Positions 12,267 to 24,380 of a DNA stretch of 64,000 nucleotides are shown one piece after another. The stretch covers positions 5,019,328-5,083,327 of the forward strand of contig MU054220.1 of the NCBI GenBank assembly GCA_013239625.1. Reading direction: 5' to 3'. The position numbers and the translations under genes were made by a program. The first letter of the stretch is position 1. Every line of letters begins with the position of its first letter. This stretch comes from Lama guanicoe. Taxonomy: Eukaryota. The notes under the pieces were generated by a model. It worked only from the letters and a program-made list of their open reading frames with translations, was not told the DNA's origin and did not search any database.

Positions 12267-12831
12267 TGAAACAGAGCAGGTACAAATACTTTCCGTGACC
12301 CCCATTTCTTGTTTGTAGGAAATAGGCTTCCTTCAGCCTCCTTGATCTTCTGGGAATTCCAAAGGGCAAATTTAAAGAGCTGCTAATCAGGGAAGGGAGG
12401 GAATGCAGAAACGAAGGAGGAGCAGTGAAGAAACAATAGCACAGCCAGGCAGGGTCTTGGTTACTGCTCAAGAGACAGACCTAACAATTTCTGTAGGAAC
12501 TAAGGCCCCCCCCCCCCCAGGTGGAGGATGGTAACTTCAGGCTGAGCACAAGATCCCTGGAGCACCGTCCTGTTACCTCACCACCAGTGAGTCAGAAGGA
12601 AGTCTACACACAGTGGAAAATAGTGAAGACTCTGACCCTCTTCCCAAGTGATTCTCCCTTTAAAAACTTTAATGGCTGAGCAGATCTTTGGAGTTGGTTT
12701 TTGGACACAAGTTCGTCTTCTGCCCAGGTCACTGGGCTCCTGAATAAAACAACCTTTCCTTTTCCAACCAACACTTGTCTCTCAATTACTGGCTATTAAA
12801 TGGTGAACAGCAGAACCTGAGTTTGGTAACA
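12267..12831 (+). mobile_element. ERV1-type solo LTR
   Basis: tgaaacagag...ggtaaca, AATAAA at ~12743, TSD ctac/ccac. Related to the LTR at 2417-2982. Confidence 0.85.
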
Positions 12832-13859
12832 CCACCCCTTAGCAAATGACTACTGTGTGCCAGGCAGTATGTAGCATATATCACAATAAGGTGGATAATA
12901 GTTCCAACCTTCAAAAACTCTTTGAAATGGAGAGTGACATCTCATTTTATTAATAAAGAACAGAAGGTCAGAGAAGTTAGTTCACTTACTTGTGGTGATG
13001 CAACAACTGAGTCAGACTTCGAACCACCATCTGGTAGGAATCTCAGGCTCCTTGTTGAAACTACATTCTCTATAAAGCACTCAAACCACGAACCTCTGCT
13101 TTCCTCCCTGTGAATTGCACTTCTAATAACTGGTGTCCTAGTCCCTTCCCAGCAAGGTGAATTGATATCTTAACTCCTTGAATCTTTCTTTTCATTTCCT
13201 CTCCAGCCTGAGATTAGAGTTTCCTCAAATCTTTTACTTGCCACCTGAAGCTTCTTTAAGCTTCTACACCAGCATCCTGGCTCCCCTCTTGCATTTCTGA
13301 AGCCCCAGACAAATTCACACATAATATTTAGTCATTTCCTTCTGTCCCCCAATTTTCAGTTTCTCTAGCATTCTACTTATGTCACTCAGATTCCAATTAA
13401 GCATAAAATCTGCATTTTCAGACTTACATTTCAGTCAAAGCATATGAGATTCTTGCTTGTCATGGACACTGAGTAGGTGGGTGCAGTGGCCATGTCATTT
13501 ATCATAGTTTATTTATAACGCTGCTTTGGGAAGACTTCATTAATTAAGTTCCCAAACAAAGCCTCCTTCCTAGTAGACCAACCATTCATCAGAATTAGAT
13601 TTTGAAATCACTACTTGGTAACAACCTGTGGCAGACATCTGAGTTACTTAACAAATCATGAGAGTCCTGTGAAATTGCACACAGGAAAGTCTTTGCAAAT
13701 GAAAATATCCATGAATGAACTCGCCACTTACAAGCAGTTCCCAGTCAGACATCCTTCCCCCATCAGCCCTAGTCTTGATTCCCTTGCATTACCCAGTGTC
13801 TTTGTGGGTAAGTGTCAGGCTCTTGACGGTTTATGAAGGATGAATATCTGATAACGGCA

Positions 13860-14440
13860 AGGCAAATTCAATATAAGTCAATTGTAAGGTGAAACTGGAA
13901 ATACTGCAAAAGATGTAGGATTTCATGAAGTCGATGGAATTGAGGTTGGAAGGCTGTCTGAATTGCATGCATGCTGTTTGGCAAAACAGGATTGGGAAGA
14001 ACCCTTAGAAATCAAAGCAGTGGCCAAGGATGAGGACATCAGAGCTTCTTCAAGAGAGAATGATTAGAATATCCAGTGCTTAAGAGAGTCCTTTAGGAAG
14101 ACTCAGGAAGATGTTCAATGTTTTTCAAAAAAACAACTCATTTATTCTTGCTGTGAAAGTTAAATATGAAATTAAGAATGCTTTATTGTTGGTGAGGGTG
14201 GGTATAACTCGGGGGGAGGGTATAGCTCAGTGGTAGAGCACATGTTTAGCATATATGAGGTTCTGGGTTCAATTCTCAGTACCTCTATTTAAAAAAAAAG
14301 AAAGCTCTATTGTACAGTTATACAATTGTGTGGAAAAATTATGCCAAAGGAATCAATACACAATTTATTTTTGGTACTGGAATAATAATGATGTAAATTT
14401 CATCACATGTAAGCAAAATAAATCAATTAATTTTTATAAC
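13860..14440 (+). mobile_element. Degraded Tigger/pogo transposase C-terminal remnant
   Basis: Manual translation gives AKDVGFHEVDGIEVGRLSELH...LRESFRK...AVKVKYEIKNAL...EKLCQRNQYTIYF, with stops. This resembles Tigger transposase C-termini. A SINE interrupts it. Confidence 0.65.
14190..14297 (+). mobile_element. tRNA-derived SINE (Vic-1-like)
   Basis: ggggagggtatagctcagtggtagag...gggttcaattctcagtacctc plus an A tail. 16-bp TSD with 2 mismatches at 14174-14189 and 14298-14313. Confidence 0.9.
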
Positions 14441-14980
14441 TTCCATTTCAGTTTTTAATATGGAGCCCCTGATAAACCTGTTTTTCACTATTTACTAGGA
14501 CATTCTGCTCTCCTTTTAAGTGGATCCATTCCCTGGAGTTAATTACCCTAGGAGATCAAGGGTCATCTGGGTACCAGAGTCCCTGCCCACAGGGAGATTA
14601 TGGTCTTATTGGCTGGGCTTCACTAACACACCGGCAACAAGACAGTGATGGGTAAGAAGGTTCCCTTTGCCAGGTGGCAACTGCAGTTTAACTAGGGACT
14701 GAGGGAATGAAAAAGAAAGGAGGAACCGTCTTCCATTTCCAGTCAAGATTTTCAGACTCTTTAGCCTGGTCCCGGCCCCTCCTGCTGCTGTCAGGGACGT
14801 GTTGACAAGGCTCTTTTGTGACTTCCTGAGGGAGCTCATGAAAAGCACATTGGGAATTCAGCAAAACACCGGAGCTCTAACTGCTCCTGAATGAGACAGA
14901 ATTAGAAAATGGCTTCAAATTGAAAACTTAATTTTCAATTAGTGTACATTCAGGCAGGAGTGGGAGGGATTAAGGGATGG

Positions 14981-15256
14981 CAGCTTGTTTGGTTAACATG
15001 CTTTTTAGAAGACATGCTTGCAAGCTATTAGTGGGCTTCCTCCTTCCCTCCTCCCCACCGCCCCCCACCGCCCTTGGTGCTGCTTGCTCAGTAACTTGGC
15101 AGCCACTGTCGCTGGCCTGCTGCTCCTCTGTCCCTGGCTGACTCATATGCAGATGGCAGCAGCCACAGCCACAGGAAGTGGGATGCAGCCTGTCACCTCT
15201 GAGACTGGCTTGTGTGTGTCCTCCTCGCTGTGGACTCTGTGAGGCCACAGGTGAGC
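14981..15256 (+). promoter_or_regulatory. Candidate enhancer/promoter (p53/p63 half-sites, GC box, AP-1, ETS, splice donor)
   Basis: CWWG decamers at 14981, 14994 and 15010; ccaccgccc twice; TGACTCA 15139-15145; ACAGGAAGTG 15171-15180; CAG|GTGAGC at 15250/15251. Confidence 0.5.
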
Positions 15257-16829
15257 TTGTCACCTCTAAAGAGGCATGCCCTTCTGATGGCTTTAAAAAA
15301 ACACATGCAAGAAGAAAAAAATTTTTTTGCCCTCTCTCTCCAATGTATGAGGCTCACCATGGTGAATAGACTCAGTGTAGCGTCAAACTGGGGGATATTG
15401 ATGGCAGTGGGGCTGAAGGTGGGAAGGATGAATGCTCCCGGAGTGGGTATGAGGTTGGGTGGAAGAGATGCCAGAGGCTGCCCATCACGGGCAGAAGCGG
15501 CTTTCTCTGGTTCCAGGCTTCCCGTCTTGAGATTCCAATTCTCATCCTCTTCTCTCCCTTTCTCCCTTTTCCTAATCAGAAGTACTTTTTCCAGGCTATG
15601 AATGTTCTGGCAACCACAGCCAGTTCCCCTTGGTTAGCCCTGTCTTCTCCCAACTCTTTGCTATCTGTGATGAGTTAACAGTGGGGTTAGGGTCTCTACG
15701 GGGCTGCCTCAATTAACACGTGCACATGAAACATGGTGTGTTTACATGCACCGCAACTGGAAACCATTAATTCTGTCAGCAGAGCAATAATTTCATTAGG
15801 AACTTCCTTCTGTCATTAGGAAGCTAGAGAAAGTGGGCTGTAGTGATTAAACACGCCATTTCAGACGTTGCCAGCAAGTCTGTGATCTGCTTGGCAGGTA
15901 CTTTTCATTTTTCCCATCTTCCTTCCAACTCTTCTCAGAGACCGCAAAGCTGGCTCCAAGTGTTGGGAGCAAGTGGTTCATTTTTATAATAGACATGGCT
16001 GCTGGCTCCACAGATCTGTCACTCGGGTTTTCCTGACTTCTTGCTCGACCTTGGCTCACATCCTGGCCCCAAGCTCCTGGTGACATCTGTTCCCCCCAGA
16101 TTGTTCTGAACAAATTCCAAGTGCCTTTCCTTAAGGCTCTCTGCCCTCCCGAGAGCATAACTCTAGGATGGTTTCTGCAACCCTCTCTCAAAGGAACCAG
16201 TGTCTTCAGCCACCACTGGTGAAATCCTTCCCAAGGTTAAACTCCTCTCCAGAGAGGCGATCACCACACACTATTTCTTCATTAGTCTTATTGCGCCAAC
16301 GAGCCGCTCTCGTTAATCCTCTTTCTCTGCCTTCCAAGCTGTAGCCTTCCAGCCAGTCTCCAAGAAGTGCTGGATTTAACTGAAGACAGGATGAGTGAGG
16401 ACACTAATGGCTCACATGCTAACACAGGCTTCCAGACTAACCAAAGAAGAATGGGAAGAAGTTTTGAAAAGCCCAGAAGCAGTTGCCTTACAGAAATGAA
16501 ACTGAAAACTAGGATTTGGGGGCTTGACGGAGGTCTTAGAAGTCCTGTAATCCAAACCTTCTATTTTATAAATGGGGAGACTCCAACTTAGATAGGCTAA
16601 AAGGCCTGCCCAAGGAACAAGCAAGAGAACGGTGGAGAAAGGTCTCCAGCCCAAGGCCTGACTCCCTTACTCTTTCCTGCATCACTCACTCACCACCCCA
16701 CACAACCTCTCTCTTCTTTCCTTCTGGGAAAGCAATTGAGAAAGTTTTTGGTGAAGGTGTCAAAATTCATCTATTTATGATTTTTAAAGATGCCAACATG
16801 CTTCTTCCTAGGATTTAGGAGCACCTCCA

Positions 16830-17340
16830 TCAGAGCTGTTTTGGTTGCAAGAGACAGAAATACAACTTGTCAGAAGGAAGAATTGATTAGCTTGTGGACC
16901 TAAGGGAGGCTGGCTAATCAAATCCTAGAAACACGGGGAGCAGAAAAGACCAGAAACAAGGGCTGGAGCATCACTATCTCTTTCTTTGTTTGTCACTGTG
17001 TCACCTGCCTCTTTTCTCACTGGGAACTGCTTCTTTTCCTTCTTTTTTAACACAAGGAAGGGAACCATTGCTGCTACCAATGGCTCTAAGTTTTATGTCT
17101 TATAGCTCCTACCATGGGAGACAACTTAGTTACAAAATCTATGGCCTCAATCTTTGGACAGTGTCTGGTTGACTGGAGATGATGGGAGAAGTCAGATGGC
17201 CTCTCATGAGCCAATCATTTGCAGCCAGGTGGATGGGGTATTATCACTGGCCCCATTTGAGTCTGGGGCCCAGTCCAGGACCAACCATTAGTGATCATGG
17301 GTCTGGGATCTGTAAGAGTGTGGCCACTCCTGTATGAACC
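16830..17340 (-). mobile_element. Old MLT1 (K/L-like) LTR
   Basis: tttggttgcaagagacagaaa...gagccaatcatttgcagccagg. Heavily diverged. Confidence 0.5.
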
Positions 17341-17694
17341 ACATAGTTAGAGTTTGTATGTGGGGAGGATGGGCAGAGAATGACATTTCACCAGAAAGCA
17401 GATGCTGGGTAGACAAAATGTTAGCATTTCCACTACAAGGCATTTGTAGTGGAAATGTCTCCTCTCATTTAGTGAATTTGTTTCTCCTTGATGTTCACCT
17501 CTATGGAGATTCTGAGATGAAAGTTTAAGATGCAAATTTCTGTTTTTTCAGTATTTCCAACAACCTTTCCAAATATAAAGCAATAGAGGTTGGCAAAAAT
17601 AGAAGGCAAACAAAATGAAAGCATCTCACTGGACTGCTCAAATTTGAAAAGGAGAAGCATTAATTTATATTCTGCTACAGTTTAATTAATTCAA

Positions 17695-17822
17695 TCCTTT
17701 TTTAAATTGCAGTATTATTGATTAGCAATGTTGTGTTAGCTTCTGGTGTACAGCATAGTGATACAGTTATAAATTTTTAAAAATTCTTTTTCATTATAGG
17801 TTATTACAAGACATTGAATATG
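17695..17822 (-). mobile_element. Short L1 3' end
   Basis: tctggtgtacagcatagtgat...ttattacaagacattgaata. Same family as the other young L1 3' ends in this window. Confidence 0.8.
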
Positions 17823-20785
17823 ATATTTAATCTAATTCTTGTATTTAGAAATAGCAAAATATTCTTTACTGATGAGTTTGTTCATGGTTTGCGGCCATAC
17901 CCCCCCAGCGCTGGTTATGAGCCCTTCCACTGGTCTATCCTAGAGTAGTCTAAGGTCTCAAAATGACTTTAACACATTTATATCACTGGTAGGATTTGGG
18001 AAAGTTCATTTTTTTCTTTCTTTTCATAATGACTCCTAGATTAAAGCATTTTTCATAAGGTGAATACGAGCTACGGCTGCTATGAGACTATAAACCTTCT
18101 ATTCCTTCTCAAAGCTTGCATTTGTAGCTTTCCTGATGCAAAGGGACATTCTTCTGGTTCCGGTGATTATTTCAGCCTTTTCATTGGGGGAAGCACAATT
18201 AGATTGGCAGTCAATAGAATAGTGATCATAATAACATCAGCACTTACTGAATGTACAATGTGCCCGTTACTTTAGGTTTATGTGTTTTGACTTACTTGAT
18301 TGTCATAAGAACCCCAGGAATTCAGTACAGTTAATATTCCTCCCTTGTAAATGGAGATAGCAATATAAGCAGGTTAAGTCACTTGCTCAAGGTCCAGAGC
18401 TAGAAAGCCTCTGGGTTGGGATTTGAACCTGAGCCATCTGGATTTGTGGTATGTGCATTAAACCATCATGCTAGTCCACCTCTTAAGTGGCTAGACACTA
18501 TTACAGGACGTAAGGAATTTTGGAAAAATTTGTTCTACATCAGCAAATACTTAACTTACCTGTTGAATAATGACTTTGATTTAATTCAGCGTATCCGTTT
18601 TATCATTAAAAGTGGAAATAATCCTGGGAACAATATCCTATTAATTTTGTTTAGTAAGTTACCCTCAGATTTAACTAACATTTCTTAAGTGCCTACTATG
18701 TGCTCTATCTCATTTACCCACTATGTTAGTGCCTTGAAGTGAGTGGTATAATCTCCATTTTGATGAAGAAAAGAACTTAGCTGGGTTATGTGATTGCCAA
18801 AGTCACAGGGGAATAAAGTGGGCAAGTCTGCCTCCCTCTGAGCCTAGCGCTTGCTATAATACTTGTAAATGAAATGAAACTGTCAGATGTTTGCTGGATG
18901 TCACAGCGAGTTTAATAGGGAAGGAAGGTGGAAAGTCTATGACACTGGGTCCTTGCAGAGGTCAAAGTGGGATCCCTGGAGAAATCGGAGGAGATTGGTG
19001 TATGAAGTAAAAGAGAGGCAAATAGGAGAGGCTGCTCTGAAAGTTCCAGTTCCCTTATTTTGCTGCCCAGAGAGAAGGGAAACCTTGCCTCAGCTAATGT
19101 TTTTGGAAAGCTCTGGCAATTAGGGTGTTAATATTCTGTGTAGTCATAATTATGCTGTAACTACCAATTATGGGAAAACTCATCATTTTACTGTAATGTA
19201 ATTACATGAAATAGCACCAGTCATGTCAGTGCAAAGACTGGGGCAGCCACTAATTATCCACTGTACCCAGACACCTCCGCCTGGATCAGGAATAATTGGT
19301 GTGATGCAGTTTTGCATTTTAGGCTTGGCCTCAGTTTTCCTCAGGAAAGCGTTTCTTGCTTTCTGATCCTCCTTTGTGTGTGTAACTCAGCTGTGTTTTT
19401 GATCTGGAAGCGGATGAGATGTGAACATCTCCAATCTAGGTTTGACTTAGTATTTCCCTAAGCAAGAAAGGATTTGGGAGGAACGTTTTTCTTATAGGAG
19501 GTGAGCCCTTTGAGGACCAGAACTGTCTTTGTCTCTCCTCTCATTGTTGCATGAAATAGAGAATGAGAAGAGATAACAAATGTCAAGGGTCTCCCATATT
19601 CCAGGACATACATTTTATTATTAATTCTCAGAACAACTCTATAAGGGAGATATTAAAATCTCCACTTCAGAGAAGAGAAAACTAAAGATCAGAGAGATAA
19701 AACAACTTGCCCAAAGCCATTGAAGTAGCAAGTAGGAGAGTCAGAGTCATTCTTTTTCCAAAGCCTGTGCTGTTTCCAGTCCTATCCACCCCTTCCCAGT
19801 AGGTGACTAACAGATATTTATTGAATGAGGATGGAGGAGGCCACAAAGTTTTGCATGTGAAGGTGATCCTTTACTTTCTAGTCTGCTTCACCAACTTCTA
19901 CAGAATTAGATCCCTAATTTGGTTAATTTCTAAGAACTCTTCTTTCCTTCCTACATTACAATTCAAATACAATTCTTTGGAAAGTGCCTTCCAGTGGTGT
20001 GTGTGTGTGTGTGTGATGTATACATTTTTTAAAAAGTCAGTCAATTGTGAAGTTGATCTGAAGTAATATCCTCAGGGAAGACCTGGGTCTTAGAAGGAAA
20101 AACTGAGCTGCTGTGGGGTGAAGAGTCCCAAAGGTATGAGAAAGCTCAAAATGGTCTTATTTTTCTCCTTTCTTTGATGTTTGTATTTGGCAGTGATCTG
20201 ATTTAAAAATTAGGGGAGTGCAGCAGATGGTGTGACTTATATTCACACATAAAATGCTTTTCCCAAGTGATTTGGAGACCCTGGTGGGTTTTTAAGTTCT
20301 AATAGCTGTGATTATTTTGTTGTATTTTATAGACACGTAGTGTTTTGGTCATCACTGATTGATTTCTTCTCCCCGCTAAAAGCAGCAGAGTCAAAAACAG
20401 GCACCTCCAGTTAAGAGAGAGGGAAACTGGAGTGGAGGAGGTGATTCAAAAGCAGACTTGCCCTGGGAGGCATCAGCAAGGGTCACTGCATCATGAACTG
20501 GGCCCCTGAGAGCCCAGCCTGATGGGATTTAGTTCACTCTCCATGGAAACAGATACTATTACAGTGGAGGTCAGCAACTGGCATGTACCCGCTGCGGCAC
20601 TGGGAGCCTCCCTCTGACTGATGGGCTGGCTTCACCTTTTCAAATGAATTCTCTTTGCTTGTATGAAGTCTCCTCAGAGTGGCTCCTCAGAGTGGCTCCC
20701 CACAGTCTCCTCTGTGGGGTCAGAGAAAGTAGACTTTTCTGTTTGGACCTCAGGATAGTAAATGAAATGACAACTGGACTTCTCA

Positions 20786-20938
20786 TTTTTAAAAAATTTT
20801 TAAAACTTTTTCTGGGGGAGGTAATTAGACTCATTTATTTAAAAGTTTTTGTTTTTTTTTTTGATGGCAGTTCTGGGGATTGAACCCATGACCTTGTGCA
20901 TGCTAAGCATGCACTCTACCACTGAGCTATATCCTCCC
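20786..20938 (-). mobile_element. tRNA-derived SINE (Vic-1-like)
   Basis: A/B box body. TSD ctggacttctca (20774-20785) / ctggacttctta (20939-20950). Confidence 0.9.
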
Positions 20939-21214
20939 CTGGACTTCTTAAGTAATATCTAGAAGAGGAAGTTGCTATTTTGGGAAAACCCTCAAGTGGT
21001 TTCACTGAGCAGGGAAATCAGGATGCTGTGAGGTGCCTACCCTTCCATTAGGAGAAGTGGAAGAGATGGGGTCGAGCTGGAGGCTGGAGGAGAGGGCACT
21101 TCAGGAAAACCCCAAGGGGAACGCTCTCGGCACTGCTGCGGACCCAGGCATCACCAGGTGTCTAGATAATGATGTCAAATTTTCGAAGTTAACAAAATTT
21201 CCTCTATATTTTGA

Positions 21215-21690
21215 TCTTAATTCTAAAATTTTTATCTACTTTTCTATCCCCAAAGTAATCAATGTTCATGATAAAATTCAAACAGTCACAGAGGATCTAC
21301 AATAAAAGTCTCCCTTCCCTACCTCTTGTCCTTCCATCACCCCTTTAGGAGTAACAACTGTAAATAGTTTCTTGTGTTATCCATCTAAGATCATTTTAAG
21401 TAAAAACAAGCATAGATTTATGAGTGTATAAATCATACTTGTCATGTATTTCCACAGCTTGTTTTCATTTTCACGTAGCACCATATCTTGGGCATTGTTC
21501 TGTATCATGAACTAGAGATTTACCTTGTTTATTAAAAAATTATTACAAATTATTACTGTACATGGATGTGCCATTTTTTACTTCCATTCCTTATTAATAG
21601 ACCTTTGGGTGGTGTTCAGGGTTATTTTTTTCTTTATCATTTAAAAAAATAGTTGTTTTCATTGCAAAAAATGCTACCCTGCACACTCTT
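21215..21690 (-). mobile_element. Old L1 (L1ME-like) 3' fragment
   Basis: aacaactgtaaatagtttcttgtgt...catggatgtgccat...gacctttgggtgg. Confidence 0.65.
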
Positions 21691-21984
21691 TTTTGTACCA
21701 GTCCATTTTAGACACCAGAGACTAGAGCAAGAAGTATCTTTCGAGGTCAGCAAGTTCAAGTTCCATTTTTTGGAGGTGAGAAAATTGAGATCAGACAAAG
21801 AAGAGAGATGACTTTCTCAGGACATGACACAGTCTGTTATGGCTTAGCCCTGCATATAATTCTGATCTCTTGACTCCAAAATTATCTGTGTCCTAGAATT
21901 TAAATAAAAGTGACTACTGAACAGTCCTTCAAACAAATAGTATACTGTAGGCTGGGTTTGCCATTCTTCTATTATACAGTTTTT

Positions 21985-22188
21985 TGGGGGGGCTTCTGCA
22001 TGTGGATGTGCATGTTGTGCACTGCACAAAAGCACCCAGACTAAGAGGTGAGTGAAGGCTGAAATCCGGACTGGATTCTACTTGCTAATCCCTGAGGTGG
22101 GCCTTGGTATTGTATCTAAGTGACTTTCTCAAACCAGATACTTTTCTCAAAATTGCCCAAAGGCGCCGCACAGGCTAGGGGAGGTCCT
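21985..22188 (+). mobile_element. MER91-like hAT-Tip100 element
   Basis: gttgtgcactgcacaa...ggctgaaatcc...tgcccaaaggcgcc. A related fragment lies at ~47341-47400. Confidence 0.6.
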
Positions 22189-24139
22189 CATTTCTGGGAC
22201 AAATATATCTGACTCTAGAATAATAATGCACTTTATTGCATCTTAGGCAATGATGCGATACCATTCATCCCAGTGAAAATAGAGTTCCAGTGTTGTTCCC
22301 TCTTTCTCATCCAGTCTTCCTTGTAACTGACAGTTTGCATCTGATGGGCAGCTGTGTGGGATTAGGGCTCCAGCAGAGCGTCATGGACAGGTTAAATTTA
22401 ATAGTGATGTATAGGTGGCAGGGAAGTCTCTGAGGTGCAGAAGGTTTCCTTTCTTTATTTTTGTGGTTTGACACTCTGTAGTTTTCTGTAGCTAATTATG
22501 TTCCTGCCTTGTGAAGAGACTTGGTTGGGATGAGCTGACTTTTCAGGCTAGTTGTAGCTTGGAGCTGCATATCCTTCTCTAGGTGTTTCCCCACATCCCC
22601 AACTCTGCCTCTGGGCTGCTAGTCTACAGGCTCATGTCACATGACAACTATTCAGCTCAAGACTCTTCAGTGCAACAGCTCTTGAAGTTATTCTACATTT
22701 CGGACATTGATTCCAGTTTTGGGTATGATGGCTTATTTCTCCAACCTCAAAACAGTGTAACTGATGCTATAAGGAGTAATATGGCAGCATTCCACTTGCA
22801 GACAAAGATATACCCACTTACTGTACCTAACAGTTTCTGATCAGGGATTATATGGGACCACTTGACTTGTGCAGCATGTTTGGATGACCCCAAAAGGTTT
22901 TGCTTTGTACACACAGGCCCAATGAGAGGAAAGAGGTGGTCACATCCAGGAGGATTTTTCAGTGAGTGAAGTGGGAGCATCATTTCCCTATGTTTAGAAG
23001 CTTTATTTTGTTTGGATTTCATTTTACCCTAAATGTAGTCTCCTTCACTATAACTTTATTTTGAGTGTATTTTGATGAAGCCAATGGTGCAAAAAGGTGA
23101 ATGCACCTTTTCCAGACTGGGTTCCTACTCATCTCCCTTCACTTACTGACACCTCCTCTTCATCCCATGTGGCAGGTAATAAACCTCAATTGCACTGCAT
23201 TTCATGTACCAACTGCATTTGCTCTCCGATGATTGTTTATTACTTGTAGAAACTTGCCGTTGCTATTCAATTGATGTATTACTCTCTCTGTGCAAATTGG
23301 TTATCATTGGTTAGGATGAAGTATGTTCTAATTTTTTCCATTAAAATTAATGAAAATATTGTTTAATTTAATGGCTTTTCAAATAGAGGCAGGATTTTCA
23401 GGAGTAAATGAGACTCATTAAGCAAGGATGGGTGTACTGGATCATGGCTTGTTGAGCATGTCAGGGAACATGGGACTTTGCATTTTTTGTAATCAGTGGT
23501 GCTGTATGCCGGCATGCAGTAGGCCCTCAGCAAACATTTGTAGAATGAGTAAATAACTTCTATGCAAAACTTCAGGGAGGCTGTTTTCAAATAGACATGG
23601 CAGGGATGGTATTGCAACATCTCTCATCTTCAAAATGGATATAGCTTTGAGCATTTCTTTATTTGAATTGGCCGGAAGCAATGGAGCAATCTTACTAAAA
23701 ATGGACATTAGAAATGCACATATTTGCTTTACACTGGAGTGATTTAATGTTGCTCTTTGGTTTCCTCAGGATTCTTGGAAAAGGATAGACACTGGGTGCC
23801 CAGATGGGCTATTCCATGAAGCAGGTAAAAGAAATATTGGAGCGACTGTGGAGTAGGAGGGTGGAGGAAGTGTGAGACCCTGGAGAACGGTTGTCAGGAG
23901 GGGCTGGTCAAGGCTGCGGGCAGCAAGCACTATGAAAAACTGAAAAGCGGAGGAGCTTTAGAAGGGGAGGGAAGTTGAAGAGCAGGGTCGGTGTGGGCCC
24001 AGGGGAGAGAGGAGCTGGTTCTGGATTTCTGGGGAGAAGGGAGAGGAGGGGCCAGAAAGCATCAACTTGTGGAGGAGTTAGGGGGCCAATGGAAAGGCTG
24101 CTCAGCCCGAACAGGCGGCGAGAATCAGGCTCTGCTTTT

Positions 24140-24380
24140 TAACGAGAGAGAGAAGTGAGGACAGAGGAAATAAGAGACATGTAGAGAGATGGAGACACAA
24201 AGAGGACAGAGGGAGAAAGAGGTGAGAGATACACAGACCAGGAGAGAGGGAAAGAGAGACAGAAGGAGTGGGGAGAGGGAGAGAGGGAGGAAGGGAGAGA
24301 CAGAGGGGATGAGAATAAAACAAAGACAGAAAAGGAAACAGAAAACAACAGACTGAGACAAAAACACACAGAGAGTGTGG
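24140..24380. repeat. GA-rich low-complexity tract
   Basis: Degenerate (GA)/(GACA) purine-rich run. Confidence 0.8.

Noticed and set aside
13130..13800. Possible ancient LINE endonuclease remnant on the minus strand
   Set aside because: The resemblance is too faint to support by eye; it needs an nhmmer search.
14211..14285. tRNA-Ala-like gene
   Set aside because: It has an A tail, TSDs and five diverged paralogues in the window, so it is a SINE, not a tRNA.
20670..20699. 13-bp direct repeat; also a 27-bp-period repeat at 51190-51239
   Set aside because: Simple two-copy slippage duplications with no spacers, so not CRISPR-like.
22583..22840. 85-aa ORF directly after a ccttctctag acceptor
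   Set aside because: No recognisable domain and no supporting exon chain.
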